From: an uncultured Thermoplasmata archaeon
GTDB lineage: Archaea; Thermoplasmatota; Thermoplasmata; Lutacidiplasmatales; UBA184
NCBI GenBank assembly: GCA_963773945.1
Contig: CAVZDD010000005.1
Location: 768,503 to 832,502 of the forward strand
Reading direction: 5' to 3'
DNA length: 64,000 nt
Made by a program: the position numbers and the translations under genes
Shown here: piece after piece, positions 54,221 to 64,000 of the stretch
Layout of the letters: each line of letters opens with the position of its first letter
How positions within the stretch are numbered: the stretch's first letter is position 1
The notes under the pieces: model-generated
What the model saw: the letters and a program-made list of their open reading frames with translations, nothing else
Database searches by the model: none
Told to the model about the DNA's origin: nothing

Positions 54221-55759
54221 ATGCCGGGCGCGCGGAAGAAGTCGGCTGTTCCCCAACCCGCTGCGCACCGGGAAGCTCCCCCCCCTTCCTCTGCTCCGCC
54301 CCCCTTCGAGAGCGTGGGGGATTGGCATCTTCCGACGGAGATTCGTCGCTTCTTCCGAAGCCGGATCGGCCAATCCCTTTTGATCCGCGGGGCGCCCGGT
54401 ACCGGAAAGACGACCTTCGCCCTGAGCCTGCTCGCCGGGCTGAAGACACCGGGGTTCTACGTTTCGACGCGGGTCTTCTATCCCGAACTCGTTGAGCACT
54501 ATCCGTGGCTTCAGGACCAACTTCCCGAGGACCACGTGGTCGACGCCGAGGCCCTGTGGCCGGGCGCCGAGGGCCGAAAGGAGTATTCGACGCTGATCCG
54601 ACAGTTCACCCAGATGACTCCTGAGTCGGAGGAATTCGCGCAGTTGGACCGGTTCCTTACCCTCCCGCCGGGAGTTCAGGAGGTGTTCAGCCGGTTGCCC
54701 GCGGGCGATCGCTCCGCCCTGGTAATCGATAGTTGGGACGGGCTCATCGAGCCGTACCTGGGGACCGCCGGGGAGCCCCTCAGCAGCGTGCACCGACTCC
54801 GGCTTGAGAACGCCCTCATCTCGGTCCTATCGAAGGCCAACGTCCACACGATCCTCATCAACGAAACCGCCGCGTTCACGGCGCTCGAGTACCTCGTGCA
54901 CGGCGTCATCGAACTCCGCCGGGACGACTACGAGGGGATGGTGCTGCGCGAGCTCCTTTACCACAAGTTACGGGGAGTGCCCCTCCATTCGAGTTCGATC
55001 ATGTACTCGCTCGAGGGGGCGCGGTTCACGGCGGTCCCCCGACGATTCCCCCGGGCCGACGATGTGCCGGTGGAACCGTTCCAGGTTCGAGAGAACCCGG
55101 CCTACGGCCTGTCGAGCGGGCTGGCCGAACTCGACCGAACGATCGGTCCCTTGGCCGCTACGATGCCCGTGCTCTTCGAGTATGACCCGCACGTGGAACG
55201 AAGCTCGCTCCGTCCCATGGTCGAGTACATGGTGGCCCAAGCCATCCGGAGCGGCTGGGAGGTGACGCTGATGGCGGACGCCCCCTTCTCCTTCGGCTCC
55301 TTCATCGCGGAGATGGAGAAACTGGTCCCCCGGGCGATGCTCCTCGAGCATCTCAACTCGTTCAACCCCCCCCCGCTGGTCGCGTCCGGAACCCCCACAC
55401 CCCCGGCGACGCGTCAACTGATCGAACAGCTCAAGGAATCGATCACGACCAAGTCCCTGGTCGCTATCGTGCTCAATTCCTTGGAGTCCGCGTTCGGTAG
55501 CCGGGCGGAGTTCGTGGATGCCGTCAACTCCCTGTCTAGCCGCGCTCACGAGCGGGGCGGGATCCTGGTCTACACCGTCGCGAGCTCGGTGGCCGGGCTG
55601 GACGAAATCGCCTCGGCGGTCCGGGGACACTTCCGTTTCATCAGTCACCGGCGCACGACGCTCATGTATGGGGTTCGGCCCTCCACGCCGGCACTCGCGA
55701 TGCTCACGAACAACGTCCGGGGCGAAGCGCCCAGCGTATGGCTGCTTCCCATTCGTTGA
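54221..55759 (+). CDS. KaiC/RecA-superfamily ATPase, two-domain (second domain degenerate)
   Basis: SLLIRGAPGTGKTTFALSL Walker A in domain 1, DSWDGL Walker B-like. Domain 2 (~aa 300-512) has a RecA-like fold signature but no P-loop. Confidence 0.6.
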   Translation: MPGARKKSAVPQPAAHREAPPPSSAPPPFESVGDWHLPTEIRRFFRSRIGQSLLIRGAPGTGKTTFALSLLAGLKTPGFYVSTRVFYPELVEHYPWLQDQLPEDHVVDAEALWPGAEGRKEYSTLIRQFTQMTPESEEFAQLDRFLTLPPGVQEVFSRLPAGDRSALVIDSWDGLIEPYLGTAGEPLSSVHRLRLENALISVLSKANVHTILINETAAFTALEYLVHGVIELRRDDYEGMVLRELLYHKLRGVPLHSSSIMYSLEGARFTAVPRRFPRADDVPVEPFQVRENPAYGLSSGLAELDRTIGPLAATMPVLFEYDPHVERSSLRPMVEYMVAQAIRSGWEVTLMADAPFSFGSFIAEMEKLVPRAMLLEHLNSFNPPPLVASGTPTPPATRQLIEQLKESITTKSLVAIVLNSLESAFGSRAEFVDAVNSLSSRAHERGGILVYTVASSVAGLDEIASAVRGHFRFISHRRTTLMYGVRPSTPALAMLTNNVRGEAPSVWLLPIR

Positions 55760-55805
55760 GCTCCGAGGGTTCCGCGCCGCGGGAGTTGGGCCCCGAGGAG
55801 TCGGC

Positions 55806-57956
55806 CTAGAACCCGATCACGTGGTGCAGGACGATCAGTACCACGAACAGGATCGAGATCGTGTTCACGACCTTGATCAGCGGGTTGATCGCCGGACCCG
55901 CGGTGTCCTTGGTGGCATCCCCTACCGTGTCCCCGACGATGGCCGCCTTGTGAGCGTCGGAGTGCTTGCCACCGTACTTGCCGCTCTCGACGTACTTCTT
56001 CGCGTTGTCCCACGCGCCGCCGCCCGTCGTCATCATGAGGGCGAGGGGCAGGCCCGAGAGAATGACCCCGAGCAGGACTCCCGCGAGCGCGAACGGGCCG
56101 AGAAGAAAGCCCACCGCGAGGGGAACGACCACCGCGATCGCGGCGGGGACGGCCAACTGGCGAATCGCCGTCTGCGTGACGATGTCGACACACCGGCCGT
56201 ACTCCGGCTTCGTGGTGCCGGCCATGATTCCGGGCATCTCCCGGAACTGACGGCGCACCTCGAAGACGATCGCTTGGGCGGCCACGCCGACGGCGTTCAT
56301 CAGGAACGAGGTGAAGAAGAAGGGCAGCAGCGCGCCGAGGATCAGTCCAACGACCACGAGCGGGTTGGTGATCGTCAGGTTCGTGATCCACATCGTGTAG
56401 GTCAGTCCCGAAGCGTTGGCCGCGGCGAATCCGTAGGCGGCGAACAAGGCGAGCGCGGCCAGCGCGGCGGACCCGATGGCATAGCCCTTCGTTACGGCCT
56501 TGGTCGTGTTCCCCACGGCATCCAGCGGGTCGGTGACAGCACGAGCCTCCGCCGGAAGGTTCGCCATTTCGGCGATGCCTCCCGCATTGTCCGTGATGGG
56601 GCCGAACGCGTCGATCGAGATGATCATCCCGGTCACGGCCAACATGCTGGACGCCGCGAGCCCAATCCCGTAGAGACCGAAGTAGTCGAAGGGCGGGAGG
56701 TTCTGGAAGCTGCCGGTCGCCGACCATCCGAGCGCGAAGAACGATCCCAGGATCGCGCCGACGATCACGAGACCCGACACCCACGTGGATTCGAGGCCCA
56801 CCGACAGCCCGGCGATAACGACCGGTCCTCCGCCGGACTGGGACGCCTCGGCGATCTTTTTGACCGGACCGTACTCCGAGCTGGTGTAGTAGTCGGTCAT
56901 GAAGACGATGGCCACCATCACGACGAGCCCCAGCACCGTCGCGACGAAGACGCCGGGACTTCCGTTCATCAAGAGCGAATCGAGAACGTAGAGCCCGATG
57001 ACCCCCAGCGCGGTCGTGACGGCCAATCCCTGGTACAGGGCCCCCATGATGGAGCCGCCCGGACGCATCCGGACGAACGCGTTACCGACGATCGTCGCGA
57101 CGATCGCCCAGCCGCAAACGACCAACGGGTAGAGGACCGCATGAGGGAACATCGCGAGGATGGGGTAGATGGTGGTGCCGAACGGGCCGCCCACCTTGAC
57201 GAGGGCCGCGATGAGCATGGCGCTCATCGCCGTCACGACATAGGTCTCGAACAGGTCGGCGGCCATGCCGGCGCAGTCGCCGACGTTGTCCCCGACGTTG
57301 TCGGCGATGACCGCCGGATTGCGCGGGTCATCCTCGGGAATGCCGGCCTCGACCTTTCCGACGAGGTCCGCGCCCACGTCCGCACCCTTGGTGTAGATGC
57401 CGCCCCCGACCCTCGCGAAGAGGCTCATCAGGGAGGCGCCAAACAGGAGGCCCACCATCGCGGAGACGTTTCCGCCGAGAATCATGTAGAAGCCGACGAG
57501 CTCAAGCAGCGCGAAGCCGGCGACCGAGAGTCCGGTGACGGACCCGCCCCGGAACGCGAAGCGCATGGTGGCGGCGAGATTCCCGCCGCGGGCGTGAGCC
57601 GCCGTTCGGACATTGGCGCGCACGGAGACAAACATCCCCACGGCACCCGCCAGGGCGCTCCCCACGGCGCCCAGGATGAAGCCGGCCGCGAGGTCGCCGG
57701 CGAATCCGACCCCTTCGGCGCTGGCGAATCCGGCAAAGATAATCACCGCGAGAATCGCGGCCACGACGAAGACGGTAGTGTACTCCCGACGAAGGAACGC
57801 GTTGGCGCCTTCGCGGATAGCGAGGGAGATGGATTTCATCTTGTCATCCCCCTCGGGTTCGCGCAGGACGAGTACGGATTGAATCGCGGCGTAGGCCAAC
57901 GCCACCAAGGAAGCCGCCAGGACTGCGATCTCGAGTTGGAATGGCGTGAACATCAT
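55806..57956 (-). CDS. hppA: membrane-bound H+(or Na+)-translocating pyrophosphatase
   Basis: 716 aa polytopic protein with GGG...DNVGDNVGD and GNTTKA..KG.AIGSAAL motifs. Confidence 0.9.
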   Translation of the reverse strand: MMFTPFQLEIAVLAASLVALAYAAIQSVLVLREPEGDDKMKSISLAIREGANAFLRREYTTVFVVAAILAVIIFAGFASAEGVGFAGDLAAGFILGAVGSALAGAVGMFVSVRANVRTAAHARGGNLAATMRFAFRGGSVTGLSVAGFALLELVGFYMILGGNVSAMVGLLFGASLMSLFARVGGGIYTKGADVGADLVGKVEAGIPEDDPRNPAVIADNVGDNVGDCAGMAADLFETYVVTAMSAMLIAALVKVGGPFGTTIYPILAMFPHAVLYPLVVCGWAIVATIVGNAFVRMRPGGSIMGALYQGLAVTTALGVIGLYVLDSLLMNGSPGVFVATVLGLVVMVAIVFMTDYYTSSEYGPVKKIAEASQSGGGPVVIAGLSVGLESTWVSGLVIVGAILGSFFALGWSATGSFQNLPPFDYFGLYGIGLAASSMLAVTGMIISIDAFGPITDNAGGIAEMANLPAEARAVTDPLDAVGNTTKAVTKGYAIGSAALAALALFAAYGFAAANASGLTYTMWITNLTITNPLVVVGLILGALLPFFFTSFLMNAVGVAAQAIVFEVRRQFREMPGIMAGTTKPEYGRCVDIVTQTAIRQLAVPAAIAVVVPLAVGFLLGPFALAGVLLGVILSGLPLALMMTTGGGAWDNAKKYVESGKYGGKHSDAHKAAIVGDTVGDATKDTAGPAINPLIKVVNTISILFVVLIVLHHVIGF

Positions 57957-58092
57957 GAAACGGGCACCGAACTGACGGTCGGGCTGTCCGACAATTATTA
58001 AACACTTGCCGAGGCAACGGAAACTTCCCTCGGCGGGAGCTTCGGCCTGGGGAGAGGCCTTTCATACTCTTCCGTACCTCTTTAGTCGGCCG

Positions 58093-58290
58093 ATGCAATC
58101 GAACGCAATCCGGCCGCCCAGCCGCCGCACATTGCGGACCACGTGTCCTCGGTGCACCCGCCTGATGGAGCTTCAGCGGATGCGGGACCATCTGCGCGAG
58201 TCCCATCATCTCGAGAGTGCGGACTTGGATGCCGTGCTGCTCGTCGCCCGACGGGATGCGCTGCGCGGTCCGGCCCACGGCCGCCCCTAA
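58093..58290 (+). CDS. small C2H2-like zinc-finger ORF (65 aa)
   Basis: TTCPRCTRLMELQRMRDHLRESHH gives C-x2-C-x11-H-x5-H. Lies in the 330-bp gap between two reverse-strand genes. Confidence 0.3.
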   Translation: MQSNAIRPPSRRTLRTTCPRCTRLMELQRMRDHLRESHHLESADLDAVLLVARRDALRGPAHGRP

Positions 58291-59234
58291 GCGAGCGCCG
58301 CCCCTCTTCGACCGAAGAGTCGAAGGACGAAGCCGGCGAGTTCGTGCATCCGAACGCCCCCGAGGTCCTTCCGAGCGTCGACTCCAGAGACCGAGACCCC
58401 CGCAATCCGGAGGGTGCCCTCGGCGTTCCAGGTGGACAACTCTCCCACCAGCGTACGCATCCGTTCCAACGAAAGCCCGCCTCCAGAGGGGGCACCGGTC
58501 GCGACCGGAAATTGCGCGGAGTCCAGCACGCTGACGTCCAAGTGTAGCACCACTTCGGTTGTGCGTTGCGTGAGCCGGCCGAGTGCTCCCATGAATTCGG
58601 CCTCCCCACCTCCTCCCTGAAGTCGGTCCGGTGTGAGCAAAGCCACCCGACTTTGGACAAGGGCCGTGGCCTCGACCGTCGAAGCATCGCGGATTCCCGC
58701 CAAGAGGGTGTCTACTTCCTGAACCAACGGGAAGCGGTCCCGGGCGAGGTGCGTCAACGAGAGGTGACCACGCCCGGTCGCCAGAGCCAGCACCATCATC
58801 ACCAGATCTCCGCCGGGGGAATCGGCCGCGGTCTGAAAACGGGCGGCGCCATCCAACGCGAGAAGTCCCATCCGAGGGGCCGAAGGGCGCCCGTCATGCA
58901 AGCCCGCCAGGAGTCCGAGCAGTACGGTGGCGTCCCCTCCGAACATCACGGGGGTCGACCCCGACCGTACGGTGTCCGCGACATGCGAGGCTACGGTCAG
59001 GAGAGACTCGCGAACTCGGCCCTCATTCTTTGGAACGGGACCTCCGGCGAGAAAATCGGTCGCCCCCGGGGGCGGGAGGGGGATATCCCCGGCATCAACC
59101 GCCACGACGCCGGCCACCGATGCCCCAGAAACCGCGAAGGTCCTGAGGGGATGGGAGGAGCCTTCCGTCCCCTCCGTCGGAAGCGAGCTCCGGAGCGGGG
59201 CCCCTAGGAAGGCCAGTCGACTGGCGGCCGGCAC
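58287..59234 (-). CDS. arginase/agmatinase/formiminoglutamase-family ureohydrolase
   Basis: MFGGDATV, HLDVSVLD and SGGGLS metal-binding motifs of the arginase fold. Confidence 0.7.
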   Translation of the reverse strand: MPAASRLAFLGAPLRSSLPTEGTEGSSHPLRTFAVSGASVAGVVAVDAGDIPLPPPGATDFLAGGPVPKNEGRVRESLLTVASHVADTVRSGSTPVMFGGDATVLLGLLAGLHDGRPSAPRMGLLALDGAARFQTAADSPGGDLVMMVLALATGRGHLSLTHLARDRFPLVQEVDTLLAGIRDASTVEATALVQSRVALLTPDRLQGGGGEAEFMGALGRLTQRTTEVVLHLDVSVLDSAQFPVATGAPSGGGLSLERMRTLVGELSTWNAEGTLRIAGVSVSGVDARKDLGGVRMHELAGFVLRLFGRRGAALA

Positions 59235-59279
59235 GAGGAGGGAACTACGAGGAACGTATAGAATTCGCGGAGGGCCAAC

Positions 59280-61268
59280 CTAGGGATCGTACTCCCGGGC
59301 CGCAATCTTCGCGCGGAGGTGTTCAAGGACCTGGGCCGGGGTCAGACTCCGCTGCCCCTTCTGCCCATGCACGCGCAAGGCGACCGTGACCGCCGCGACT
59401 TCCTGCTCCCCGATCACCGCAATGTACGGAACGTGGGCGACCTCCGCCTCGCGGATCCGCTTCGAGAGCGTGTCCTGGCTATCGGTCGACTCGACTCGGA
59501 GACCCGCCTTGCGCCATTCCGCCGCGAGTTCGCCGACCCGTCCCACCTGGCGTTCGGTCACTGGAACGATCCGGATCTGAACGGGGGCCAGCCAGGGGGG
59601 GAGCCAGCCGGCGCAGTGCTCCAGGAAAACTCCGAAGAAGCGTTCCCACGACCCGAGGATGACTCGGTGGACGACCACGGGGGTGTGCAGCGCGCCGTCC
59701 GTCCCTTGGTATTGGAGTCCGAAGCGGGCGGGGATCAGGTAGTCCAGTTGGATCGTCCCGCATTGCCAGGACCTCCCGAGAGAGTCGCGGATGTGGATGT
59801 CGATCTTCGGCCCATAGAACGCGCCCTCCCCCTCGGAGATCTTGTATTTCGCGCCCGACGCGTCGAGGACGTTTTTGAGGGTCGCTTCGGCCCGGTCCCA
59901 CGTCTCCGGGGTGCCGAGGAACTTGGCCGGTCGGGTCGATAGTTCGGCGCTCCAGTCGAGCCGGAACGTCGCCAGGGCGTGCTCGATCCATTGGAAGAGG
60001 GTCTGGATCTCCGCGAAGATCTGGTCCTCGGTAACGAAGACGTGGGCGTCGTCCTGGACGAACTCGCGAGCTCGGGTGAGCCCATGGATCGTCCCGCTCG
60101 CCTCGAGCCGGTGGAGCGGGGCAAACTCGGCGAGTCGCATCGGAAGTTCCCGATAGCTCCGCGAGCGGGAACGGAACATCAGCATCGCGCCGGGGCAGTT
60201 CATCGGTTTGACGCCGAAGGGCCGGTCATCGACCGTCGTCAGGAACATGTTCTCGCGATAATGTTCCCAGTGGCCACTGGTCTCGTACACTGATTGCGGG
60301 TAAACCATGGGCGTTCGAATCTCCGAATAGCCGGCCTCGGCGAGATGCTCCTGCACGAACGCCTCGAGTTCCCGGATGACCACCATTCCCTTCGGGTGCC
60401 AGAAGGGGAAGCCTGGGATCTCCTCGGAGAACGTGAACAACTCGAGTCGCGGCCCCAGGGTGCGGTGGTCCCGGGCTTCGGCTTCGGCACGCCGCTTGAG
60501 GAAGGCGTCGAGCTCGACCCGCGTCGGAAAAGCCACGCCCCGGATGCGCTGGAACGTTGAGCCTGGCGCCGCGGTCTCAGGAGTGATCGCGGAGAAGCCG
60601 AGTATGTGGATGCCCGCCAGCCATCCGGCGTCGGGAACGTGGGGGCCACGACACAGGTCCGTGAACGTCCCCGTACGGTAGAGCGAGACGGGCTCCCCTT
60701 CCGGGACTTCAGCGATATATCGCAGTTTGTGGGGATTGTGCTGGAACAGTCGCTGGGCTTCGGGCTTGGAGACCTCGAATCGTTCGAAGCAGTCCTTATC
60801 GCCCACCGTTTCCAGGACCCTCGCCTCTAGCGCGGGAAGTTCCTCCGCCGTCAGGGGTCGCATTTCGAAGTCGTAATAAAATCCCTCCTCCGTCGGTGGC
60901 CCGACCGTCGGCAGCGCGGCAGGAATCAGTTCGGTGAGCGCCTTGGCCACCAGATGTGCGGCGGAGTGTTGGAGTATCTCTCGCCCTGCCGGGTCAGCGA
61001 AGTGGATTGGGGCGAGGGCACCGGGGTGGGTCAGCGGCCGGGCCAAGTCGATGGGGTGTCCGTCCAATGAGGCGGCGAGCGCGTGCTTGGCCTTCTCCCC
61101 ACTCCAATGGCGCAACGCGTCGCCTGCCGGGGTGCCTTGGGGCACCTCCGTCGAGGTGCCATCGGGCCAGTGAATGAGCACGGAGGGAGTTTCAAGGGGA
61201 GCCATACGTTGAGTTCGCCACGACCCGACTGGCGCCAAAAAGGTTTGGAAGGGCGCGCTGCGAGCCAA
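59280..61268 (-). CDS. thrS: threonine--tRNA ligase
   Basis: TGS-like N-terminus, class II catalytic core, HRVILGSWERFFGV motif 3 region, C-terminal anticodon-binding domain. The start may be the Met near 61205. Confidence 0.9.
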   Translation of the reverse strand: MARSAPFQTFLAPVGSWRTQRMAPLETPSVLIHWPDGTSTEVPQGTPAGDALRHWSGEKAKHALAASLDGHPIDLARPLTHPGALAPIHFADPAGREILQHSAAHLVAKALTELIPAALPTVGPPTEEGFYYDFEMRPLTAEELPALEARVLETVGDKDCFERFEVSKPEAQRLFQHNPHKLRYIAEVPEGEPVSLYRTGTFTDLCRGPHVPDAGWLAGIHILGFSAITPETAAPGSTFQRIRGVAFPTRVELDAFLKRRAEAEARDHRTLGPRLELFTFSEEIPGFPFWHPKGMVVIRELEAFVQEHLAEAGYSEIRTPMVYPQSVYETSGHWEHYRENMFLTTVDDRPFGVKPMNCPGAMLMFRSRSRSYRELPMRLAEFAPLHRLEASGTIHGLTRAREFVQDDAHVFVTEDQIFAEIQTLFQWIEHALATFRLDWSAELSTRPAKFLGTPETWDRAEATLKNVLDASGAKYKISEGEGAFYGPKIDIHIRDSLGRSWQCGTIQLDYLIPARFGLQYQGTDGALHTPVVVHRVILGSWERFFGVFLEHCAGWLPPWLAPVQIRIVPVTERQVGRVGELAAEWRKAGLRVESTDSQDTLSKRIREAEVAHVPYIAVIGEQEVAAVTVALRVHGQKGQRSLTPAQVLEHLRAKIAAREYDP

Positions 61269-61323
61269 GGTTCGAATAATCGGACTTTTTGTATCGAGCG
61301 ACTACTTCGCGGACGGATAATGG

Positions 61324-62869
61324 ATGGAAAGTATGGTCGAGCCCAATTGGGATGCGCTGGGCCAGCGCTGGTGGTCCCACATCCAATTTCTCGCCGACGA
61401 CTCGCTCGAAGGTCGCGACACCGGCAGCCGCGGATACGAAAAGGCCGCCGACTACATGGCTGAACAGTTCCAGGCCGCAGGTTTGCAGCCCGCCGGCGTC
61501 GGCGGTTACCGGCAGCCCATGGACCTGGACGTTGTTCGGATTGACGAACCTCGATGCCTTCTCGAATTAGTCCACGAAGGACAGGTCGAGCTACTGAAAC
61601 TGGGCGACGACGCCCTGATGGGTGTCAGTTCGCATTCCCCCGAGAATTTGGAAGCCGGCGCCATGTTTGCTGGCTACGGCCTGACTATCCCCGAACTCGA
61701 CTACGACGATTTCGCTGGCCAGGACGCGAAGGGAAAGGTCGTGGTCCTGGTCACCGGTGGCCCTGCGAGCATCTCCGGTCCGAGTAAGGCCCACTACCAA
61801 TCGGACGAAGAACGCCGAAGGGTCCTTTGGAAGGGGGGGGCCGTTGGTGCGATCTTCATACAGAACCCCAAGAGTGTGGAGGTGCCTTGGTCGTTGATTG
61901 CCTCATGGCGCTTTCAGCCGGGTATGGAACTGCGCGACCCCGGGGACGACGCGCCGCCCCCGCTCCCACTGGGGGTGCTGTTCAATACCGAGCGGGCCGA
62001 CAAGCTGTTCACGGGCAGCGGCCGTACGTTTCAGGAGGTTCTCGCGGCGGTCCACGCCGATGGACCGTTACCGCGCTTTCCGCTCACAGTGAGCGTCCGG
62101 GCGCGCACCGGGATGACGCGTTCTCAACTGAAGTCCGAAAACGTGGTGGGGGTTCTCCCGGGCATCGACCCGAACCTAAAGGACGAGTACGCTCGTCGTG
62201 AGCGCGCACCTGGACCATGTGGGAATTGGTGAACCGGTCAACGGCGACCGAATCTACAGCGGAGCGATGGACGATGCTTCGGGTGACGCATCGCTGATCG
62301 AAATCGCCCGCTCTCTCAAAGAATCCAGAGCAACGCCGAAACGCTCGATTCTTTTCCTTTCCGTGACGGGTGAAGAAAAGGGCTTACTCGGCTCTCAATA
62401 TTTTGCTACCCACCCGACTGTATCTGGCCGACTCGTCGCCGGCCTCAACATGGACATGTTCCTCCCCCTTTTTCCGCTCAAGTACCTCGAAGTCCAGGGC
62501 CTCTCGGAATCCAGCCTAGGCGATGACATTCGCGCCGTGGCCGAGTCGGCGAACGTGTCGGTGCAAGCCGACAAGGAGCCGGAGCACAATCGGTTCATTC
62601 GCAGCGACCAATACAGCTTCATCAAGCACGGCGTTCCCGCGCTCGCATTCAAGTTCGGTTACATTCCCGGCACTCCAGAGGAAGAGATATTCAAGGCCTG
62701 GTATGCCGAGCGCTACCACGCTCCGTCGGACGACCTCGACCAGCCGGTCGACTTGGTCGCCGCCGCGCAGTTCAACGCGATCCTTGAAAAACTGATACTC
62801 CGCGTCGCCAACGCCGTCCGGCGTCCAGAGTGGAAGCCTGACAGCTTCTTCCGCCGCTTTGCTATATGA
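61324..62869 (+). pseudogene. M28-family peptidase (PA + M28 domains) interrupted by apparent -1 frameshift near 62190
   Basis: ORF 61324..62232 ends ...NVVGVLPGIDPNLKDEYARRERAP*, while overlapping ORF 62198..62869 starts VSAHLDHVGIG... The canonical M28 motif NV.G...G......EY..(V)SAHLDH spans the junction, so one base appears to be missing at ~62188-62192. Confidence 0.55.
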
Positions 62870-63050
62870 CAACGGGTCCGTTTCGGACCCGCGGCCTTCG
62901 CCTACCGAGCTTACGGCTCCCCAGGGCATTTGAGGCGACCCAAGCCACAATCCTACCGGAGTGCCGTACTGCGGGCGTCGCCGCAACCACGGGAGGGTTG
63001 CCCCGACCGCGCGGCGACTCCTCATGCTCCACTGCGCTGCTCCAACGGGC

Positions 63051-63503
63051 CTAGGCCGACGTACGGCGGTTTCGAGCCGATTTCCGGGCCCGACTCGAAC
63101 CCGGTCGACGGGGGGCGGCGGTCTTGCCCGAGAGCTGGGATCGGTTGAAAAGTGCGGCGGCGCGGAACAAATCCTTCAGGGCGGCCTCGTTGATCTGATC
63201 CGGTTCCAAGATGTCCACCGCCCGCCACTCCTTCCCTCCCAATCCGTTGTTGAAGACTTTCTGGGGATCGGGGAGATGGGCACCCCGCGAGAAGGTGACC
63301 TTCACCTTCCCTTTCATCGGAGCCATAACGGCCATGACACCGTCGTGCGACCACGTGGGAGTACCCTGCCACTTCCACTCCTCGACGACATCGGGATCGG
63401 CTTCATGTATCAGACGGCGGATCTGCGCCATTCGATCGCCTCGCCAGTCATGGAGGCTGGCGATGTAGCGGTCGATGAAGTGTGAGGGAGGGGGTGCGCT
63501 CAT
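63051..63503 (-). CDS. DUF1801 (YdhG-like) family protein
   Basis: 150 aa, N-terminal IDRYIASL... and MAVMAPMKGKVKVTFSRGA pattern typical of DUF1801. Confidence 0.55.
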   Translation of the reverse strand: MSAPPPSHFIDRYIASLHDWRGDRMAQIRRLIHEADPDVVEEWKWQGTPTWSHDGVMAVMAPMKGKVKVTFSRGAHLPDPQKVFNNGLGGKEWRAVDILEPDQINEAALKDLFRAAALFNRSQLSGKTAAPRRPGSSRARKSARNRRTSA

Positions 63504-63521
63504 GGTCGGTCATCACCCCGG

Positions 63522-63944
63522 CTACTTCTTCCCCCAAGCCGAAGCCGCGGGGGGTTGATTCAAGGAGAAGAGGTTTCCATCAGGGTCGACAAAAGTGGCG
63601 GACGTGCCCCAAGGGTGCTCGAACGGCTCCTGGTGGAACTTCACGCCTCTCCCGCTGAGCTCATTGTGCATCCCCCGGCAGTCGGCCACTTTCATGACGA
63701 TAGGCGGGGACTTCCCGGGAGACCAACTTTTGGAGAGCTCCTTCTGAGAGGGGTCCGTCGTCCCTCCCACCTCCCAGAGCATTATCTCCAGGTCCTGGCC
63801 CTTTGGTCCGACGGTCACATACCGGGATGCCCCCCTGGGGGCGAAGTCCGTTTTGATCTCGAAACCCACTTTCTCGGTGTAGAACTCGACAGACTTCTCT
63901 TGGTTGCTCACGACGAGCGGGACACTCGCAATCTTGCCGTCCAT
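63522..63944 (-). CDS. VOC-family (glyoxalase/bleomycin-resistance fold) protein
   Basis: 140 aa with paired beta-alpha-beta-beta-beta modules. Confidence 0.7.
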   Translation of the reverse strand: MDGKIASVPLVVSNQEKSVEFYTEKVGFEIKTDFAPRGASRYVTVGPKGQDLEIMLWEVGGTTDPSQKELSKSWSPGKSPPIVMKVADCRGMHNELSGRGVKFHQEPFEHPWGTSATFVDPDGNLFSLNQPPAASAWGKK

Positions 63945-64000
63945 AGCTCTTACCCGCCCATCCGGGAGCCTAAAAGCATGTCCCGGAGGGCACGAATCCC

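Noticed and set aside
55518-58001. 827-aa + strand ORF antisense to the H+-PPase gene
   Set aside because: Charged low-complexity (R/D/E/G) translation. The H+-PPase motifs are on the reverse strand.
1-64000. Search for CRISPR arrays, rRNA and tRNA genes
   Set aside because: No regularly spaced direct repeats of 24-40 bp, no rRNA-like conserved stretches, and no convincing tRNA cloverleaf (GGTTCGAATCC-type T-loops with paired stems) were found by eye. This cannot be fully excluded without running tRNAscan-SE or Infernal.

Overview
High-GC (~65-70%) chromosomal segment from an archaeon. The archaeal assignment rests on the RFC large subunit, ABCE1, archaeal-type Mre11-Rad50, MptA GTP cyclohydrolase and an H+-pyrophosphatase. 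The proteome is not acidic, so it is not haloarchaeal, and the lineage cannot be resolved further from sequence alone. Most of the window is densely packed housekeeping and metabolic genes. These include SDRs, an MFS transporter, an amidohydrolase, tandem-GNAT acetyltransferases, pirin, acetyl-CoA synthetase, OsmC, an HtrA protease, rfcL, two FtsX-like permeases with an ABC ATPase, ABCE1, a complete suf cluster (sufC, sufS, sufB, sufD, SufU, SufT-like) with a SufR-like regulator, an Mre11/Rad50 operon, a KaiC-like ATPase, H+-PPase, ThrRS, and arginase-family and M28-peptidase genes. The most striking feature is a ~5.7 kb probable integrated mobile element at ~28.85-34.52 kb. It carries a tyrosine integrase, a small serine recombinase, a C2H2 zinc-finger protein and about ten small ORFans, with lower-GC patches and repeat/palindrome-rich ends. 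It sits directly against the 3' end of the suf regulator gene. Other notable loci are a MoaD-E1-rhodanese single-polypeptide fusion with an adjacent JAMM protease and CysM, a STAND ATPase-TPR protein paired with a winged-helix regulator, and a SufU-ferredoxin-B12/radical-SAM-GNAT operon. Two genes (a tandem GNAT and an M28 peptidase) show apparent single-base frameshifts. Many long ORFs in the track are antisense or alternate-frame artefacts of high GC and were discarded. No rRNA, tRNA or CRISPR array could be supported.
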